A stretch of 64,000 nt of DNA from Eledone cirrhosa (Eukaryota). The stretch is from contig OZ024745.1 of assembly GCA_964016885.1 (NCBI GenBank), positions 66,278,001-66,342,000 of the forward strand, given 5' to 3'. The notes under the pieces were generated by a model, which saw nothing but the letters and a program-made list of their open reading frames with translations, had not been told where the DNA came from and made no database searches. Below, piece after piece: positions 61,661-64,000 of the stretch. The translations under genes were made by a program, and so were the position numbers. Numbering within the stretch: position 1 is the stretch's first letter; each line of letters opens with the position of its first letter.

Positions 61661-61933
61661 AATCAAACTGATTTAAGGCATTATGATTTTAGAAATTTGG
61701 TCATGGAATTCAGTATATAGTTCCCAAAATGGGGAAAAGATTTAAAAATTCAGACTGAGAGAGAAATATAACTTAGAAATCATCATTCATTTTTGAAAAT
61801 ATTGAATTTATTTGAACTGTGTTGAATAAAAGTATAACAAAAATATCTATATTGATATATTCAGTAGGTTGTATATCAATGAAATGATTTCTAAATTATA
61901 TGTTTAACTTTTAAAAAGTATATTGATAAATTA

Positions 61934-62453
61934 CTGAATATACTCATTTATAAGTCTACCTGAGTATAAGCCAAACCACCCCCTATTTTATGTCTGAGAA
62001 ATGGGTAAAATACAAACCCTGTATATAACCCCAGGTTGCTAATCGACACAATGTTCTTAGATGGTGCGTTTTTGTAAATTCCCATGATTGGAGAATATTT
62101 TATGATATCTAACATAGCATTAAGTGTAGTTTAGAGTACAGCTTTTGTTTCGCAACTCCATTTTTTTTTTTTTTCATTATTTCTACTTCCGCTTTTCCCT
62201 GCTTGCAAGGGTGGGACGGGAACTGATTCTGGCTTGATTTCTACAGCTGGATGCCCTTCCTAACACCAACCTCATTTACAGTGAGTGCTGGGTGCTTTTT
62301 TGCCGTGGCACCTCCACAACCATTTACAGTGGAATGATAGGGACCCCAGTCCCTATCATCTCATTTCTACAGCTGAGTAAACTGGAGCAATGTGAAATAA
62401 AATGTCTTGCTCAAGGAAACAACACATCACCCGGTCTGAGAATTGAAGTCACA

Positions 62454-62513
<60 letters not shown>

Positions 62514-62741
62514 ATGTTTGCTAGGGTGTATACGATGCTGTATGTATGTGTCTGTAAAAATACTTCAAACGTGTAGTAAAACAGTGTTTCATTGTAATAC
62601 AATCCCTTCAGTTATTTAGTCCTTTTTTAACATAGATATTAAAGCTGGCGAAAATATTTACCCCCAAATATATGTCTACACCGTATTTCATCATCGAACT
62701 TCATGCCACATATTTGTTGACTTATACACAAGTATACATGG
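61934..62741. mobile_element. Possible Tc2/pogo-type MITE with a nested SINE
   Basis: Imperfect inverted termini ctgaatatactcatttataagtc / gacttatacacaagtatacatgg; TA at left. Confidence 0.4.
62185..62456 (-). mobile_element. SINE of the 22755-23086 family, head replaced by (CA)n
   Basis: Close match to 22775-23043. Confidence 0.85.
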
Positions 62742-64000
62742 CAATTATTTCTTGCCACTTGTAAATATACATTAGTTACAAATTTCATAAGACCCAGAAA
62801 ACCAGAAGCAAGACATTTTGTCTGTTGCTCTGAAACTTCCGCCTATCTACCGTCACAGAATGGTATGCTATTTTTTAAATTCTGAAAGGATAGTCAGAGC
62901 AAATACTACAATGCATTTTGTCTTTCTCTTTATATTGAAGTTTTGATATTAGTTTGCCACATTCATCATCAGCCTAACAATAAAATACAGTTTGCAATTT
63001 TACTAAATTATTTCAAAATCTGAATGATTTTCAAAATTGATTAAAATACAGACAATGTATTTCTTTTAAAATATTTTCACAAAATAATTAAGGAGTACAT
63101 GTTAATTAAGTAATTATATTTGATATATTGTATTTAAGCAACAAAGATTGAATAACAACAAATGATATTACCATCTAGCGTATATAAAAAAACATGTAGA
63201 TGATAATTCAAATGAACATTAGTAAAATCTTGTTAATTTAATGTTGTCATATTTAATGTAGTAAGCATCAGAAATTCAATTAAAAATACATATGCAGTGA
63301 GGAAAAAATAGTATTAGCTCAAAAATAATTAAATTTAGTAATTTTAACAAGTGTGGAAGCAAATTTAAAACAAGGTTCAGTATTATTAGAAGAATAAACT
63401 ACACCAAACTTGCAGAATTAGTGATGAGATTTAGAATATGGTCTATGAATAGGCGTGAGAAATTAGCATATTTTAAAAAGAAAATTAGGTTAATTATTCA
63501 ATAGCATCTACGTTTCCCTGATAGTAAAAAAAATACCTCTATGTGATTATTCAATATGCTAGAAATCGCAACTAAATACTCCCTTACAACTACCTACCCT
63601 TTTAAAATGTAACACTACATAGAAGAATTTCAGAGATAAATTAAGTCTTAAAAAATATGGAATCCTAACTAGAATGTCTTCACTCCTAGTTATATTCTAT
63701 CAGGGTAATCAAAAGGTACTGTTTCAATTAATACCTGGATTGCTGAAGTTTACAAATATATGCAAACATTTTAATATCATCATTGTTGACTTTCCCTACA
63801 AGCAAAGGTTGGATGGGTCTGAGGCATGCATCATGAGTGCACTGGGTACAACTTATCATGGTACCAACACTAGGGAGGCTGTCATGTCTGTGGTATTACT
63901 GAAGAGTCCTCATGACTGCTTGGCAAGTTGTCTATAGCTAGATGTATATTCTATCACTAGCCACTTTGCAGAGGTTACAAGACTCATTTATTGTGTATGT

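Overview
AT-rich, non-genic eukaryotic DNA. The SINE/RTE repertoire and long (TA)n arrays look invertebrate, possibly cephalopod (inference). No host protein-coding gene can be supported. Bases 1-23,000 and 59,700-64,000 hold old, decayed RTE LINEs, tRNA-derived SINEs, a hAT remnant and a CRE-like remnant. Bases ~23,000-59,700 are a dense nest of young retroelements, each set in 0.3-2.2 kb imperfect (TA)n arrays: a Gypsy fragment, two Neptune-like and three Hydra-like Penelope-like elements (PLEs), a CR1/L2-group LINE (near full-length plus a truncated copy) and a non-coding 559-bp tandem/inverted retrozyme-like element. Main observations from reading the sequence: (1) ten complete type-I hammerhead ribozyme motifs from seven sequence families, plus two truncated ones, many with a palindromic stem III, a much enlarged stem II and variant cores; (2) the same in-phase U-UUU-UUA slippery heptamer links ORF1 to an AUG-less, -1-frame pol ORF in both a PLE and an unrelated LINE; (3) several inserts have 3' ends facing outward on both sides, and in two cases the two ends come from different PLE families. 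All RNA folds were done by eye and are untested. Clade names come from motif recognition, not phylogeny.
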